Source of the DNA: Candidatus Eiseniibacteriota bacterium
GTDB taxonomy: Bacteria; Eisenbacteria; RBG-16-71-46
Reading direction: 5' to 3'
NCBI GenBank assembly: GCA_963725865.1
Contig: CAVSAC010000014.1
Location: 1,216,001-1,280,000 of the forward strand
Length of the DNA: 64,000 bases
Shown here: in pieces, positions 43,981 through 55,493 of the stretch
Layout of the letters: each line of letters opens with the position of its first letter
How positions within the stretch are numbered: position 1 is the stretch's first letter
Notes under the pieces: generated by a model
Database searches by the model: none
What the model was told of the DNA's origin: nothing
Seen by the model: the letters and a program-made list of their open reading frames with translations, nothing else
Translations under genes and position numbers: made by a program

Positions 43981-45315
43981 ATGATCGTCCTGAAGTTCGG
44001 CGGCACCTCGGTCGGTCTGCCCGGGAACTTCGCGCTCGCGCGGCGGCTGGTGCGCGAGCGGGCGGCGCTCGACCCGGTGGTGGTGGTGAGCGCGCTGGCG
44101 GGGGTGACCAACCTGCTGGTCGAGTTCTGCCGCGAGCCCGCGCGCCGCGGCGAGCTGGCGGCCGCGCTGGTCGAGCGCCACGTGGCGTTCGCGCGCGCCA
44201 CCGGCGTGGGTGCCGAGCCGGTCGCCGCGCTGCTCGACGGCTGGCGCCAGGAGGCGGTGGCGCTCGCGCGCCAGGGACACCCGCTGGCGCCCGCCGATCG
44301 CGACCGCGTGCTGTCGTACGGCGAGCGACTCGCCGCGCAGTTGTTCGCGGCGGCGCTCGTGGCCGACGGGCTCGCGGCCCGCGCGTGGCACGCGGGCGAG
44401 GCGGGGCTCGTGACCGACGAGCGCTTCGGCGCCGCCCACCCGCTGCCCGAGGCGGCCGGCCTGCTCGCGGCCGCGCTCGGCGCGCGCCCGCCGCTGCCGG
44501 TGGTGACCGGCTTCCTGGGGCGCACGCCCGACGGCCGGCCGACCACGCTCGGGCGCGGCGGCTCGGACTACAGCGCCGCGATCCTGGGCGCCGCGCTGGG
44601 CGCCGACGAGATCCAGATCTGGACCGACACCAGCGGCATGCTGTCGGCCGACCCGCGGATCGTGCCGGAGGCGCGCCCGGTGCCGCGGCTCTCGTTCGCG
44701 GAGGCCAGCGAGCTGGCGTACTTCGGCGCCCGGGTGCTCCACCCCAAGACCCTGCTGCCCGCGATGGACCGCGGAATCCCGGTGCGCATCCTCAACACCG
44801 CGCGGCCCGCGGACCCCGGCTCGCGCATCACGGCGACCGCCGACCCGATCGACGCCGCGTGGAAGGTGAAGTCGATCGCGTGCAAGTCCGGCATCATCGC
44901 GGTCACCATCGTCTCCACGCGCATGCTGCTCGCGCACGGGTTCCTGGCGCGCGTGTTCGAGGTGTTCGGCCGCCACCACGTGGTGGTGGACCTGGTCACC
45001 ACGTCCGAGGTCTCGATCTCGGTCACGGTCGACGCCGACGCGCGGCTCGAGGCGGCGATCGCCGAGCTGGAGTCGATCGGGCGCATCGAGGTGACGCGCG
45101 GGCTCGCGGTGGTCGCCGTGGTGGGCGAGGGCGCGCCGCGGCAACTGGGGCTCGCCGGGCACGTGTTCACGCTGCTCGGCGGGGTCGGCATCACGGTCGA
45201 GATGATCTCGCAGGGCGCCTCGCGCGTGAACCTGTCGTTCGTGGTGCGCGAGGAGGACGCCGCCAAGGCGGTGCGCCTGCTCCACCGCGGGCTGGGGCTC
45301 GACGCCGAGGTCTGA
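43981..45315 (+). CDS. lysC: Aspartate kinase
   Basis: LKFGGTSV, TLGRGGSDYSA, ACT domains. Confidence 0.95.
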   Translation: MIVLKFGGTSVGLPGNFALARRLVRERAALDPVVVVSALAGVTNLLVEFCREPARRGELAAALVERHVAFARATGVGAEPVAALLDGWRQEAVALARQGHPLAPADRDRVLSYGERLAAQLFAAALVADGLAARAWHAGEAGLVTDERFGAAHPLPEAAGLLAAALGARPPLPVVTGFLGRTPDGRPTTLGRGGSDYSAAILGAALGADEIQIWTDTSGMLSADPRIVPEARPVPRLSFAEASELAYFGARVLHPKTLLPAMDRGIPVRILNTARPADPGSRITATADPIDAAWKVKSIACKSGIIAVTIVSTRMLLAHGFLARVFEVFGRHHVVVDLVTTSEVSISVTVDADARLEAAIAELESIGRIEVTRGLAVVAVVGEGAPRQLGLAGHVFTLLGGVGITVEMISQGASRVNLSFVVREEDAAKAVRLLHRGLGLDAEV

Positions 45316-45341
45316 ACGCCGTCGCATCCGCCCGACGCAGG

Positions 45342-45369
45342 GAAGGCCCGGGCGGATGCCCGGGCCTTC
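45342..45369. terminator. Hairpin between convergent genes
   Basis: 12-bp perfect stem GAAGGCCCGGGC/GCCCGGGCCTTC. Confidence 0.7.
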
Positions 45370-45395
45370 GCCGACTCGCGCGCGGGCGCGACGCC

Positions 45396-46601
45396 TCAGT
45401 AGCCCACCCAGCCGAACAGCTGGAGCCCGTCACTGATCGGGCCGTGGACGTTGTCCGAGCCGTGCGCCCAGTCGAGGCCGAAGCGCGCGTTCGGGTTGAC
45501 GTAGTAGGCCAGATTCAGCGTGCCGAGGCTCACGTCCTCCACGCTGGTCGCGCCGTGCGACTTCGGCACGTACTCGTGCTCGTAGCGCGCGGTCAGCACC
45601 CAGCGCGACTGCTTGTCGAGCAGGCAGGTGGCCTCGAGCATGCCGGTGTGGGCGACGTCCGAGACGCCGTCCGACTGGTCCTGGAACTTGTCGATCGTGT
45701 AGCCCGGGATCAGCGTCACGCGCCCGCGGTCGAGGAGCGCGCTGAGATCGCCCTGTACGTGCTGCGACGACGTGCCGTCCGGCTTGCGCGGGTCCTGGCG
45801 GTCGACGTAGATGCGCGCGGTGTACATGTGGCCGCCCGCCTCGCGCATCACCCACAGGTAGACGTTCTCGAGCTGGTTGAACGTCTTGGTGTCCGGGCGG
45901 TGGGCCAGCAGGCTGTCGAGGCTGCGGCTGCTGTTGATGAGCCCCAGCGCGTACCACCAGCTCGACTTCACTCCGTTGAGCTCGATTCCCGCGGCCCCCA
46001 GGGTGACGCGGTCGTTCAGGTAGCCGGTCAGCGTGGTCTTGCGGGAGTCCGCGAGGTACGGGATGTCGGCGTCGTAGATGCCGGCCTTGACGTTGAGCGA
46101 GCCGTCCTTGCCCACGTCGTCGAGCTGCACGAACGCCATGCCGCTCTGCAGCGGCCCACCGACGCCGGCGAAGTCGTTGTCGAAGTGGAACGACACGCGC
46201 TCGGCCAGCGTGCCGGCGGTGTGGAACTCGACCTGGTTCTGCTGGAAGCCGCCGACGTTGGTGCGCACGCGCGACGTGCCGCCGGTGTCGATCGCGGTGC
46301 TGTTGAAGGCGTACCCCACGTTGCCCACCAGCGAGATCGGGAACTCCTTGCCGGTGCTGTCCCACGGCGACTCGCCGTGACTGCCCATCATGCGGTAGCC
46401 GTTCTGCTTGAACTGCATGCCGAATGCGTTCAGTCGCGGCGCGGCGAGGTGGCAGGAGGTGCAGGCCATGCCGTACTTGCGCGCGAACAGCGGCAGCGCG
46501 ATGGACGGCGTGGAGAGCACGGCGAGCGCGGCGAGCGCGATCGCGCTCGCGAGCAGGGACGGGAACACACGGGAAGGGACGGCGCCACGTGCCCACGACA
46601 T
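45396..46601 (-). CDS. Outer-membrane porin-like protein with N-terminal CxxCH
   Basis: Signal peptide, FARKYGMACTSCH...LNAFG..FKQNGY, alternating beta pattern, C-terminal aromatic (WVGY). Confidence 0.75.
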   Translation of the reverse strand: MSWARGAVPSRVFPSLLASAIALAALAVLSTPSIALPLFARKYGMACTSCHLAAPRLNAFGMQFKQNGYRMMGSHGESPWDSTGKEFPISLVGNVGYAFNSTAIDTGGTSRVRTNVGGFQQNQVEFHTAGTLAERVSFHFDNDFAGVGGPLQSGMAFVQLDDVGKDGSLNVKAGIYDADIPYLADSRKTTLTGYLNDRVTLGAAGIELNGVKSSWWYALGLINSSRSLDSLLAHRPDTKTFNQLENVYLWVMREAGGHMYTARIYVDRQDPRKPDGTSSQHVQGDLSALLDRGRVTLIPGYTIDKFQDQSDGVSDVAHTGMLEATCLLDKQSRWVLTARYEHEYVPKSHGATSVEDVSLGTLNLAYYVNPNARFGLDWAHGSDNVHGPISDGLQLFGWVGY

Positions 46602-46781
46602 GATGAGACTCCTCCGGAGGACGGTGGAGTGTGGCCGGAGGGCGTGGATACCCGGTGGGGCGACCCACCCGCGCGGACCGGTCGCGGAGACTGCGGTCAC
46701 GATCTGGAGATCGACCGACGGCGGGGAGACTAGCAGGGCGATGGCGGCGATACGAGTGAAACGGCCGAGGTACTCCCGCGC

Positions 46782-47057
46782 CTACCCCCGCGACAGCCGC
46801 CAGTCCTTCGCCAGCCGCTCGACCATCGCCTCGATGCGGCGCGCGCGGGTCTCGGCGCGCTTGGCGTCGGTGACGTAGCGCATCAGCTGGCGGCGGTGGG
46901 AGGGCGGCCACGCGTCGAACTGCGCCTTGGCCGCGCGCGAGGCGCGCAGCGCACGCGCCAGGTCGGCGGGCACCCGCACCGGGCGTGGTCGCGCCGCGGT
47001 CGCGCGTTGCGCGCTCGCCCGGCGGACGGTCACCTTCGCTCTCGACTTGGCTGCCAT
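46782..47057 (-). CDS. YdeI/OmpD-associated family protein
   Basis: VPADLARAL...PPSHRR...AKRAETRARR. Confidence 0.85.
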   Translation of the reverse strand: MAAKSRAKVTVRRASAQRATAARPRPVRVPADLARALRASRAAKAQFDAWPPSHRRQLMRYVTDAKRAETRARRIEAMVERLAKDWRLSRG

Positions 47058-47079
47058 GGGGTCTCCGCGGCTGGGGAAG

Positions 47080-47484
47080 TCAGCGGTTCGCAACGCGCAC
47101 GACCAGCTTGAGCGCGCTCAGGCGCTCGTCGAACGCGATCACCTTGATGTCGACCAGACCGAGCGCGAGTGCGGCCTCACGCACGGTGTCCTCCTTGATG
47201 TGGGGCTGGCCCTTCGGCCACACGGCCCACACTGCGGCGTCGGGCCGCATCGCCTTGCGGACGGTCGCGAGCCGGCGCAGTCCCGCCTCGCTCTCGACCA
47301 CCAGCATCACCAGGTCGGTTTCGCGATTCACGCGCGCGGTGGCGATGTCGGCGACCCGCGTGTGCAGCTCCGCGATGAAGCCGGGGTCCATCAGTCCCAG
47401 CACCGCCACGCGCGCGCCCTCCTTCACCCCGAGCTTGTCGAGGCGGCTGCGCCTGGAATAGCCGGTCGGCGGCGGCTTGCTCAT
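47080..47484 (-). CDS. DUF3052-like protein
   Basis: GYS...KLGVK...WAVWPK...GLVDIKV. Confidence 0.8.
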   Translation of the reverse strand: MSKPPPTGYSRRSRLDKLGVKEGARVAVLGLMDPGFIAELHTRVADIATARVNRETDLVMLVVESEAGLRRLATVRKAMRPDAAVWAVWPKGQPHIKEDTVREAALALGLVDIKVIAFDERLSALKLVVRVANR

Positions 47485-47637
47485 CGCGGCTCCGGCGCCG
47501 CGCGCGCGATGGCGCGCGCGAAAGCGTGGACGAGTGGGCGGCGGTCAGCGGGCATCGGATCTCCGGGAGTGCAGCGTCCAGCGACTGCAGCTATCAAGTA
47601 ACAGATGCCGCCGCCGCAATCCAGCGGAACCGTGCGC

Positions 47638-48905
47638 TCAGTCGGAGATCTGTCGCAGCGCGCGCGCGAGCACCGGACGCAGCCGGGCCGGGTACACGCG
47701 GCCGAGCACCACGCGCGGCGACTCGCCGGCCGCGGCGAGCGAGGCGAGCGCCTCGGCGAGCCCGGCCAATGCCGCATCGCGATCGAGCGCGCTCCACGCA
47801 GCATGCGGCGCCGCGCCCCGCTCGAACCATGGCTCGAAGCGCACGCGACGCGCCTCGAGCCGCCCGTGCTCGCGCACGCGGCGCGCGTCCACGCGGCCGA
47901 TCAGGCGCCCGTCGTGCAGCACCGGGAGCACGTAATAGCCGAAGCGGCGCTTGGGCTCGGGCACGTACACCTCGATGCGGTAGTCGAAATCGAACAGCGC
48001 CAGCACCCGCTCGCGGTGCCACATCAGCGAGTCGAACGGCGCCAGCAGCGTGGTGCCCCGCGAGGGCGCGCGCCTGCGCGCCGCGCGCTCGAGCGCCGGC
48101 ACGTCGCGCGACAGCGCGTACCACGGGCGGCGCTCGCCCTCGATCGCGACCGGCACCACCGCGCCGTCGCGCAGCGCCGCGTGCAGCGCCTCGCGGTGGC
48201 GGCCGACGGCCACGCGCGGGTAGGTCATGTACATCCGCAGGTCGGCCTCGCTCGCCGCGCCCATCGCGTGCAGCGAGCGCTCGATGTGCCAGCGCCGGAA
48301 CGCGGCCGGATCGAGCGGCTCGGTCGCGGCCAGCTCCGGCAGCACGTGCGCGCCGAGGTCGTAGCGCTTGTGGAAGTTCGGACGCGAGTGCACCAGCAGC
48401 TGCCCGCGCATCCACAGCACGTGCAGCGCGTGCTGCGCCGGCTTCCAGTCCCACCAGCCGCCGGAGCCGCCCGGGCGGTGGTGCTCGAAGTCGGCGCTGG
48501 CGAGCGGGCCGCGCGTGCGGACTGCCTGTTCGACCGCCGCCATCACGCCGGCGTTCTGGCGCAGCCACGAGGTCCAGCCGGTGCTGTGGCCGTGGTAGTC
48601 GACCATCGCGCGTTTCCACGCTGGCAGATGCGCCCGCGGCACCAGGCAGGCGGCGTGCGCCCAGTACTCGAACAGCACGCGCTTGCGGTAGAGCAGGCGC
48701 TCGAGCGCCGCGCGGTCGAACGCGCCGAAGCGGCTCCACAGCGTGATCAGGTGCGCGCGGTCGACGGCGTTGATGGAGTCGATCTGCACGCCGCCGGTGT
48801 CGGACGCGAAGCGCTCGAGTGCCGCGGCGGTCAGCCGCCGCCCGCGCGGGCGGTCGAGGTGCTGGCGCTCGAGGAACAGCGCGGCGACGGCGTGGCGGGG
48901 GAGCG
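47638..48905 (-). CDS. ycaQ: YcaQ/AlkZ-family crosslink-repair DNA glycosylase; start codon separated by insertion
   Basis: VQIDSINAV (QxD), FEYWAHAAC, LLAPFD, FDYRIEVYVP..KRRFGYYVLP. Confidence 0.85.
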
Positions 48906-49659
48906 AGAAGGATTGCAAAGAACTAAGAAGCAGGCTAAGACGCGGTTAAGGTCTGGATCCAACGTAAGGGCGATAGCGAGGAGTTCAAGGGCTGAAGGAT
49001 CGGGTGACGCCTCAGGCCAGTTCGAGACTGACTGCACGGGTACCGGTAGCTCGGCCTGTAACGCGATGATGAGATAACGAACAGCGAATGACACGTCGCA
49101 GGATGTGGGCTGGTAAAGTGCACGATGCAGCGGAGGAATCGCGGGATAAGAGATACAGGCGGCCGAAACGCTGCTGAGAATCCGGCGCGTGCTGGGTATA
49201 TGCTACAAGCACGACGCTGCAACTAGATTGCACTCGTGCAAGCATATGACTGAGAATCGCGTAATTGTATAATTATAATGAAAGCACAGTTTGAGAAGAT
49301 GGATTCGCAAGCGTCAGCGCTTCGGAACCGGACACTGATCGGCACGCCGAGACGGCTCGCGAGTCTCCAGTCTGATAGAAAGATCATGGATAGCACAGTT
49401 CGTGCAGAGCGATTACAGATGCTGTTCACGTGGTCGACCGTCTGAGACCGCACGGCTCGCGTCCTCGACAATGAAGACATGATGTATAAAAAATTTAACA
49501 GGAATCGGACAATATTAATGTATCGGTGGAATGCTCTACAGGGATCGAAGTAGCAATGGAATAGCACGAGAAATGTAATTACAGAAGACATCTATCGAAG
49601 AAATATAATTAAAATATGTAATGGTAAGGAAAATAATGCGTGAATAAGATAATTTTTGG

Positions 49660-50215
49660 ACGCGTTCGACGCCTATCTGCCGCAGTTCCTCACCCGCTGC
49701 CGGAAGTGGTTCGCGCTGCAACCACGCGAGAGCGTCCCCGCGTGGCGCTCTGCCCCGCGTCACCTCGATCGCGTCCTTGCCTGTCGATACGCGCGCGTGG
49801 TGGGGCGCGACAACGTCGTCTCCATCCCCGGCCTCACGCTCCAGATCCCACCCGGACCACCAGCGCTCGTATGCCCGCGCCCGGGTCGAGGTGCGCGAAC
49901 TGCTCGATGGCCGGCTGCTGGTCCTGCACGACGGCCAGGTGCTGCTCGAACAGCCGGCGCCGGGCGAGCCCTTCAGCCTCGTGCCGCGAGACTCCGCAAA
50001 GCCCCGCCGCCGTCCGCAACGCGAAAACGGCCTCCGCATCTCGCTCACGATCGACGATCGCATCGACTCCCGACCTCCGACTCCAACCCCTGCAGGCGAT
50101 CGCACCGCACTCGCTCGCGACCACCGCCGTCCCACGGATCAACACCCGTGGAAGCGGCTACCGTACAAGTCCCAATGCCAGCCCAGCCCGGTGGCAGGGG
50201 GGTGACATTGAATCA
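49660..50215 (+). mobile_element. Transposase C-terminal remnant, ISNCY/IS1202-like, frameshifted
   Basis: LDRVLACRYARVVGRDNVV...LQIPP / SYARARVEVRELLDG; followed by GGGGTGACATT resembling an IS end. Confidence 0.6.
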
Positions 50216-50811
50216 CTGTTGGAAAGGCGTCGTGGTTCGGGGTGACTACGAGCGGATGGGATGATTGGAATTGATTGACGGGTGTGTGGTGCTGTTGCGA
50301 GGGAATGTACGCGAGCGGTTCAGAGATGAGGAACTGCGGCAGCGAGTCTTGCGGCGTTGAACTCGCCGAGGCGCGACACAGCGGGAGTGGACACGACACT
50401 CATCCTGTGCAGATCGCGCTGGCGCAATGCGCGCGAATCCGGGCAAACGACGCGATCATCGCTTCTCGCTACGTCGTTGAGCGATACGCTGTCGGTTACG
50501 ACTGCAGGCAGACGAATCGCGTCGATCTCGATCACGAGCAGCGTCCGCGGCGTCATCACATATGTACACAAATTATTTTTTTCAGGGAGCGTCACGCGGG
50601 CAGCGTGCCCGGTCCGGGCGTTCGTCGCAAGCCGCGCGGGCCAGGACGTGGGGCGCCGATCGCGCGAATCCCACACGGCCGACTGGGCACAGGGTGAAGC
50701 GGGGCGCCGGGCGCCACGCGATTCTCCATCCTGCATCGAGTCCCGTTTGGCCCCCTGGGGCGGGCGAACACGGTGCCTGAGCGACGCATCGACTGGCCAG
50801 AGGGGTTCTCT

Positions 50812-53800
50812 CTACCCCCCGCCGCCCATCGACCTCAGCATCTGCGCCAGCCCCGCGTCTGCGGGGACCGCCGCCAGTCCGCGCCGCAGCGCTGCGATCG
50901 CTCCCGGCCCGATCGCCGATCGCCGCGCGCGCACGCGCCTCGAGCGCATAGTGCCGCACGTCGCGCGGCATCAGTCGCTGCGCCTCCGCGAAGCGCGCCG
51001 CCGCCTCCGGCAGGCGCCCGCGCTCGACCGCCACCAGCGCGGCGACGTCGAGCGCGTCGGCGCGGATCGCGGAGTCGGGGCTCGTCAGCGCATGGCCGAG
51101 CGCCGCGGCGGTGCCCAGCGAGTCGCCGGCCATCCGCAGCCGGTCCGCCAGCATCACCCAGGCGCGCGCGTTCGCGGGATCGATCTCGGTCGCGCGCTCG
51201 AGCGCCGCGCGGCCGGCGTCGTCGGCGCCCTGGTTGATCAGCGCGGTGGCGCGCTGGACCTCGACCAGCCCGCGCTGGCGGCGGTCGGTCGCGTCGGCCC
51301 CGCCAGCTAACGATGCAGCCAGCGCGTCGAGCCCCGCCGCGCGCGCATCGCGCGCGACCGTGCGCACACGCCCGAGCTGGCCCGCGTCCATCAGCATGCG
51401 CCCGCGCGCCTCGTACCAGCCCTCGCGTGACCACGCGGCGAACAGCGGGCCCGGCTGGCGGCGCGGCGGCGAACGGCACCTCGCCGATCACGCGCGGGCT
51501 GCCGAACAGCGCGGTGCGCCCGATCTCGATCAGGTCGCGCGGCGCGCGGTACTCCACGATCGGACGGTCGTCGCGATTGAGCGGCGCGCCCTTCGCGATC
51601 GGGCGCAGCGCAGCGAACGGGCCCGCGTAGTAGCCCGCGAGCGCCTCCGGCGCGCGGATCCGCGCGCGCGCGAGCAGGCGGCGGCCGTCCGGCGTCGCGA
51701 GCCGCTCGATCGCGAGCCGCCGATCGTCCGGCGCCGCGATCAACAGCACGTCGACCGAGTTCCACACGCAGAACACCTGCCCCTGCGGGAACACGTCCAG
51801 GAACGACGCCAGCATCGAGGCGAACGTCTCGGGCGACAACTCGTAGAGCTGCATCCACTGGCAGAACACCCCGCCGGGCGCCAGCCGCGCGCGCACGCGG
51901 TGGTAGAAGTCGACGGTGAACAGGTTGTTGACGCCCGCGATCCACGGGTTCGAGGGCTCCGAGACGATCACGCCGTAGCGACCACCGCCGTGCGCCAGGT
52001 GGGTGCGCGCGTCGCCCAGGATCAGGTGCACGCGCGGGTCGTCGAGCGGATCCTCGCCCGGCGCGTGGAAGAACCGCGACGCCTGCACCACGCCGGGCTC
52101 CAGCTCGACCACTTCGGTGGGGCCCGCGCCCGCGGCGAGTGCTGCCGCGGCGGTGATGCCCGAGCCGAGCCCGATCACCAGCGTGCGCGCGGCGGAGTCC
52201 GCGCACAGCGTCGGCAGCAGGCCCAGCAGCACCTGGGTCTCCATGTCGCTGGTGCTCGCGTCGATCTTGCCGCCCACGCGCAGCCAGCGCTGGGTTCCCT
52301 GCTCGTCGGTGCCGACGAGCACCGAGCCATTCACGCCTTCGCGATAGAACAGCACCTTCTCGCTGCGGGTCGCGCGCCACACGGTGGAGCCGGCCCCGGA
52401 CACGCGCCCGGCCTCGAACGCGACGTCGGCGGCCTGACGCGGGCGGTAGAGTCCCGAGGACATCAGCGCCGGGTCCCAGCGCGGCGCCAGCATGCCGAGT
52501 GCCGCGACCACCGCGACCGCGCCGCCCGCGAACGCGAGGTCGCGGCCGGTGGCACCGCCGCGCGAGCGCGCGAGCGCGAGGGCGCCGAGGCCGACGAATC
52601 CCGACAGGATCAGCGCGGCCAGGTGGGTGCCCTGCACGCCCCAGGTCGGCACCAGCACGAAGCCCGCGAGCAGGCTGCCGGCGATGGTGCCGATGGTGTT
52701 GACCGCGTACGCGAAGCCGGCCGCGTGGCCGCCGTCGCGGCGCTGCAGCAGGCGCGTCGGCGATCGGGAACGCCGCGCCCAGCAGCGCGCACGGCACCAG
52801 CAGCACCACCGCCGCGAGCCCGATCTCGCCCGCCATGAGCGCGCCCCACGAGGCGCCCGAGCGCTCGCCGAGCGCGAACATCCACTCGGGCAGGCGCGGG
52901 AAGCACAGCAGCTCGACCGCCGCCACCGCCGCGAGCGTGAGCTGCAGGCGGGCGAAGCCGGCGAGCGAGACCCCGCGCCGCATCGCACGCTCGATCACCG
53001 CGCTGCCGAGCGCCAGCCCGAACACGTAGACCCCGAGCACCGCGGAGAACGAGTAGACGGACGAGCCGAACACCAGGCTGAACAGCCGCACCCACGCGAT
53101 CTGAAACGCCAGCGCCGCGAGCCCCGACAGCGCGAACAGGCTCGCGAGTGCCAACCGCGCGGGGCCGGCGAGCGGCGGCGACGCGACGGATGGCTCGGCT
53201 TCGGCGGGAGTGGACTGCGCGGCGGCGGGCCCGGGCGCTGGCGCGGTCGGCATCGCGGCGGGCTTCTCGGCGGGCGCAGTCGCGGGCGCCGGCACCGCCG
53301 CCGGTGCCGCGCGGGTCGCGCCGCCGGCCCGCCACGCCAGCAGCGCGACGCTCGCGTTGAGCAGCGCGGCCACCGCGGCGGTGCCCGAGAGCCCGAGCCA
53401 CGGCATGAACACGAAGCCGCCCGCCAGCGAGCCGAGCACCGCGCCGAAGGTGTTGAGCGCGTAGAGGCGCGCGAGCGCCGGCCCGACCCGCTCCCACTCG
53501 AAGTGCGCGACCAGCACCGGCAGCGTGGCGCCCATCAGCGCGGCGGGCGGGATCAGCACCACGAACAGCAGCACGAAGCGCGCGAGCGCGAACGACGGCC
53601 CCTCGCCGCCGAACGCGCGGTAGAACTGGCCGACCAGCGGCTCGAGCCCGCGCAGCACCGGCAGCAGCGCGATGCCGAGCACGCCGACGCCCAGTTCGAG
53701 CAGCGCGTAGTCGCGCGGCCCGCGGCGGCGCTGCGCGAGCGGCGTGCCCAGGAAGCGCGCGCCGAGCGCGAGCCCGCCCAGGAACGCGGCGACCACGGTG

Positions 53801-54066
53801 GCGGCGGCGTGCAGCGAGTTGCCGAGCAGGTAGGAGAGCTGCTTGGTCCACACCACCTCGTAGAGCAGCCCCGCGACGCCCGAGGTGAAGAAGCAGATCA
53901 CGCCCCAGGGCGGCAGCGTCGGCACGTGCGCGGCGGGTGGAGCGGAAGCGTGCGCGGCTCGCGGCCGTTGCGGCGCCGGGCCTGCGGAGTCGCGCGGCGA
54001 ACGCGCGTGGACCCGCGCCGGCGCCGAGGCGTTCGCGGGCGGAGTCGAGGAGCGCGGCTTGGGCAT
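50812..54066 (-). CDS. Fused membrane domain/spermidine synthase-like protein with TPR tail, about 3 frameshifts
   Basis: SGVAGLLYEVVW, LYALNTFGA, LVIGLGSGIT, VELEP, GDAR, IVSEPSNPW; corrected C-terminus ...MLRSMGGGG*. Confidence 0.82.
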
Positions 54067-54074
54067 CGTGCGGC

Positions 54075-55493
54075 TCAGTGCCCCGGCTCGCCGCGCGGCG
54101 CGGGATACGCGCGCGCCAGCACGTCGACCAGGTGCTCCATGCGCACGCGCGAGCCGCGCTCGCGGGCGCCGCGCTGCATGTGGAGCAGGCAGCCGGGATT
54201 CGACGCCACCACCACCTCGGGGCTCACGCGCTCGATCGACTCCAGCTTGAGCCGCAGCTGCTCGTCGGCCATCGCCGGGTGCGTGAGGTTGTAGACGCCC
54301 GCGCTGCCGCAGCACCAGTCGGAGTTCGGCAGGTCCACCAGCGTCACGCCGGGCAGCGTGCGCAGCAGCGTGCGCGGCGCCGCGCGCACGCCCTGCGCGT
54401 GCGCGAGGTGGCAGGGGTCGTGGTAGCCGACCTTCAGCGGTTGCGCCGGATCGTGCGCCGACGACAGCGGCGTGCGCGGCTCCGGCAGCCCGAGCTGCAC
54501 CAGCGCCTCGCTCACGTCGCGCACCCGCGACGCCACCGCCTCGGCGTCGGCCGCCACCGCGTCCTCGTGCAGCAGGTGGCCCATGTCGCGCAGCGCCGCG
54601 CCGCAGCCGGCGGCGTGCGTGACCACCAGATCATAGCCGCCCGGCGCCAGCGCGCGCGTGTTGCGCCGCGCCAGCTCCTTGGCCTCGTGGCGCAGCCCGG
54701 CGTGCGCGTGGAGCGCACCGCAGCAGCTCTGCGCGCGCGGCCACCACACCTCGGCGCCCGCCAGCACCAGCAGGCGCACGGCCGCGTGATTGGAGTACGC
54801 GAACATGATGTCCATCATGCAGGTCGAGAAGAACGCCACCCGCGCCTTGGCGCGGCAGGCGGGATGGAACACCAGCGCGTCCGCACGCTGCTCCATGCGT
54901 GCGCCCACCGGCAGCGCCGCCGCCACGCGCTCGAGCGCGCGCTCGGCACGCGGGACGATCGGCGGCGTGATCGCGATGCCACGGCGCGCGAAGTCCGGCA
55001 GCAGCCCGCGCGCGCCGGCGAAGCGCGTGAGCGCGCCGAGCGGGCCGGTCTGCGTCAGACGTAGGGCGTCGGCGACCAGGTGCATGCGCTCGCGCTCGGG
55101 GAACAGCGTGCGCAGCGCCCACGCTCCGAGCGCACGGCCGGCGCTGAAGGGGCGCACGCGGCGCTCGAGCTGGCCGCGCGTGGCCTCGAGCACGTGCGAG
55201 TACGGCACGCCCGCGGGGCACACGGTCTCGCACGCGCGGCAGTCCAGGCAGTTGTCGAGGTGCTCCACCAGCGGATCGCTCGGCGCGATGCGGCCCTCGG
55301 CCAGCCCGCGCATCAGATAGAGCCGCCCGCGCGGCGAGTCGGGCTCGATCTTGAGCGTGCGGTAGGTCGGACAGGCGGTCAGGCACAGCCCGCAGTGGAT
55401 GCACGCGTCCATGTCGATGCGCGCCGGCGCGTCGTCGCCGTCGAACCAGGTCGCCGGATGCGGCGCGCGCTCGGGCAGGAGTGGAGTGGTCAC
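54075..55493 (-). CDS. glcF: (Fe-S)-binding protein, glycolate oxidase GlcF-like
   Basis: CIHCGLCLTACP, CLDCRACETVCP, two CCG domains, YHDPCHL. Confidence 0.88.
   Translation of the reverse strand: MTTPLLPERAPHPATWFDGDDAPARIDMDACIHCGLCLTACPTYRTLKIEPDSPRGRLYLMRGLAEGRIAPSDPLVEHLDNCLDCRACETVCPAGVPYSHVLEATRGQLERRVRPFSAGRALGAWALRTLFPERERMHLVADALRLTQTGPLGALTRFAGARGLLPDFARRGIAITPPIVPRAERALERVAAALPVGARMEQRADALVFHPACRAKARVAFFSTCMMDIMFAYSNHAAVRLLVLAGAEVWWPRAQSCCGALHAHAGLRHEAKELARRNTRALAPGGYDLVVTHAAGCGAALRDMGHLLHEDAVAADAEAVASRVRDVSEALVQLGLPEPRTPLSSAHDPAQPLKVGYHDPCHLAHAQGVRAAPRTLLRTLPGVTLVDLPNSDWCCGSAGVYNLTHPAMADEQLRLKLESIERVSPEVVVASNPGCLLHMQRGARERGSRVRMEHLVDVLARAYPAPRGEPGH

Noticed and set aside
49228..49406. 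TGCAC-TC-GTGCA and GCAC-N5-GTGCA as extra LexA boxes upstream of ycaQ
   Set aside because: Wrong spacer lengths, and they lie in the noisy insert.
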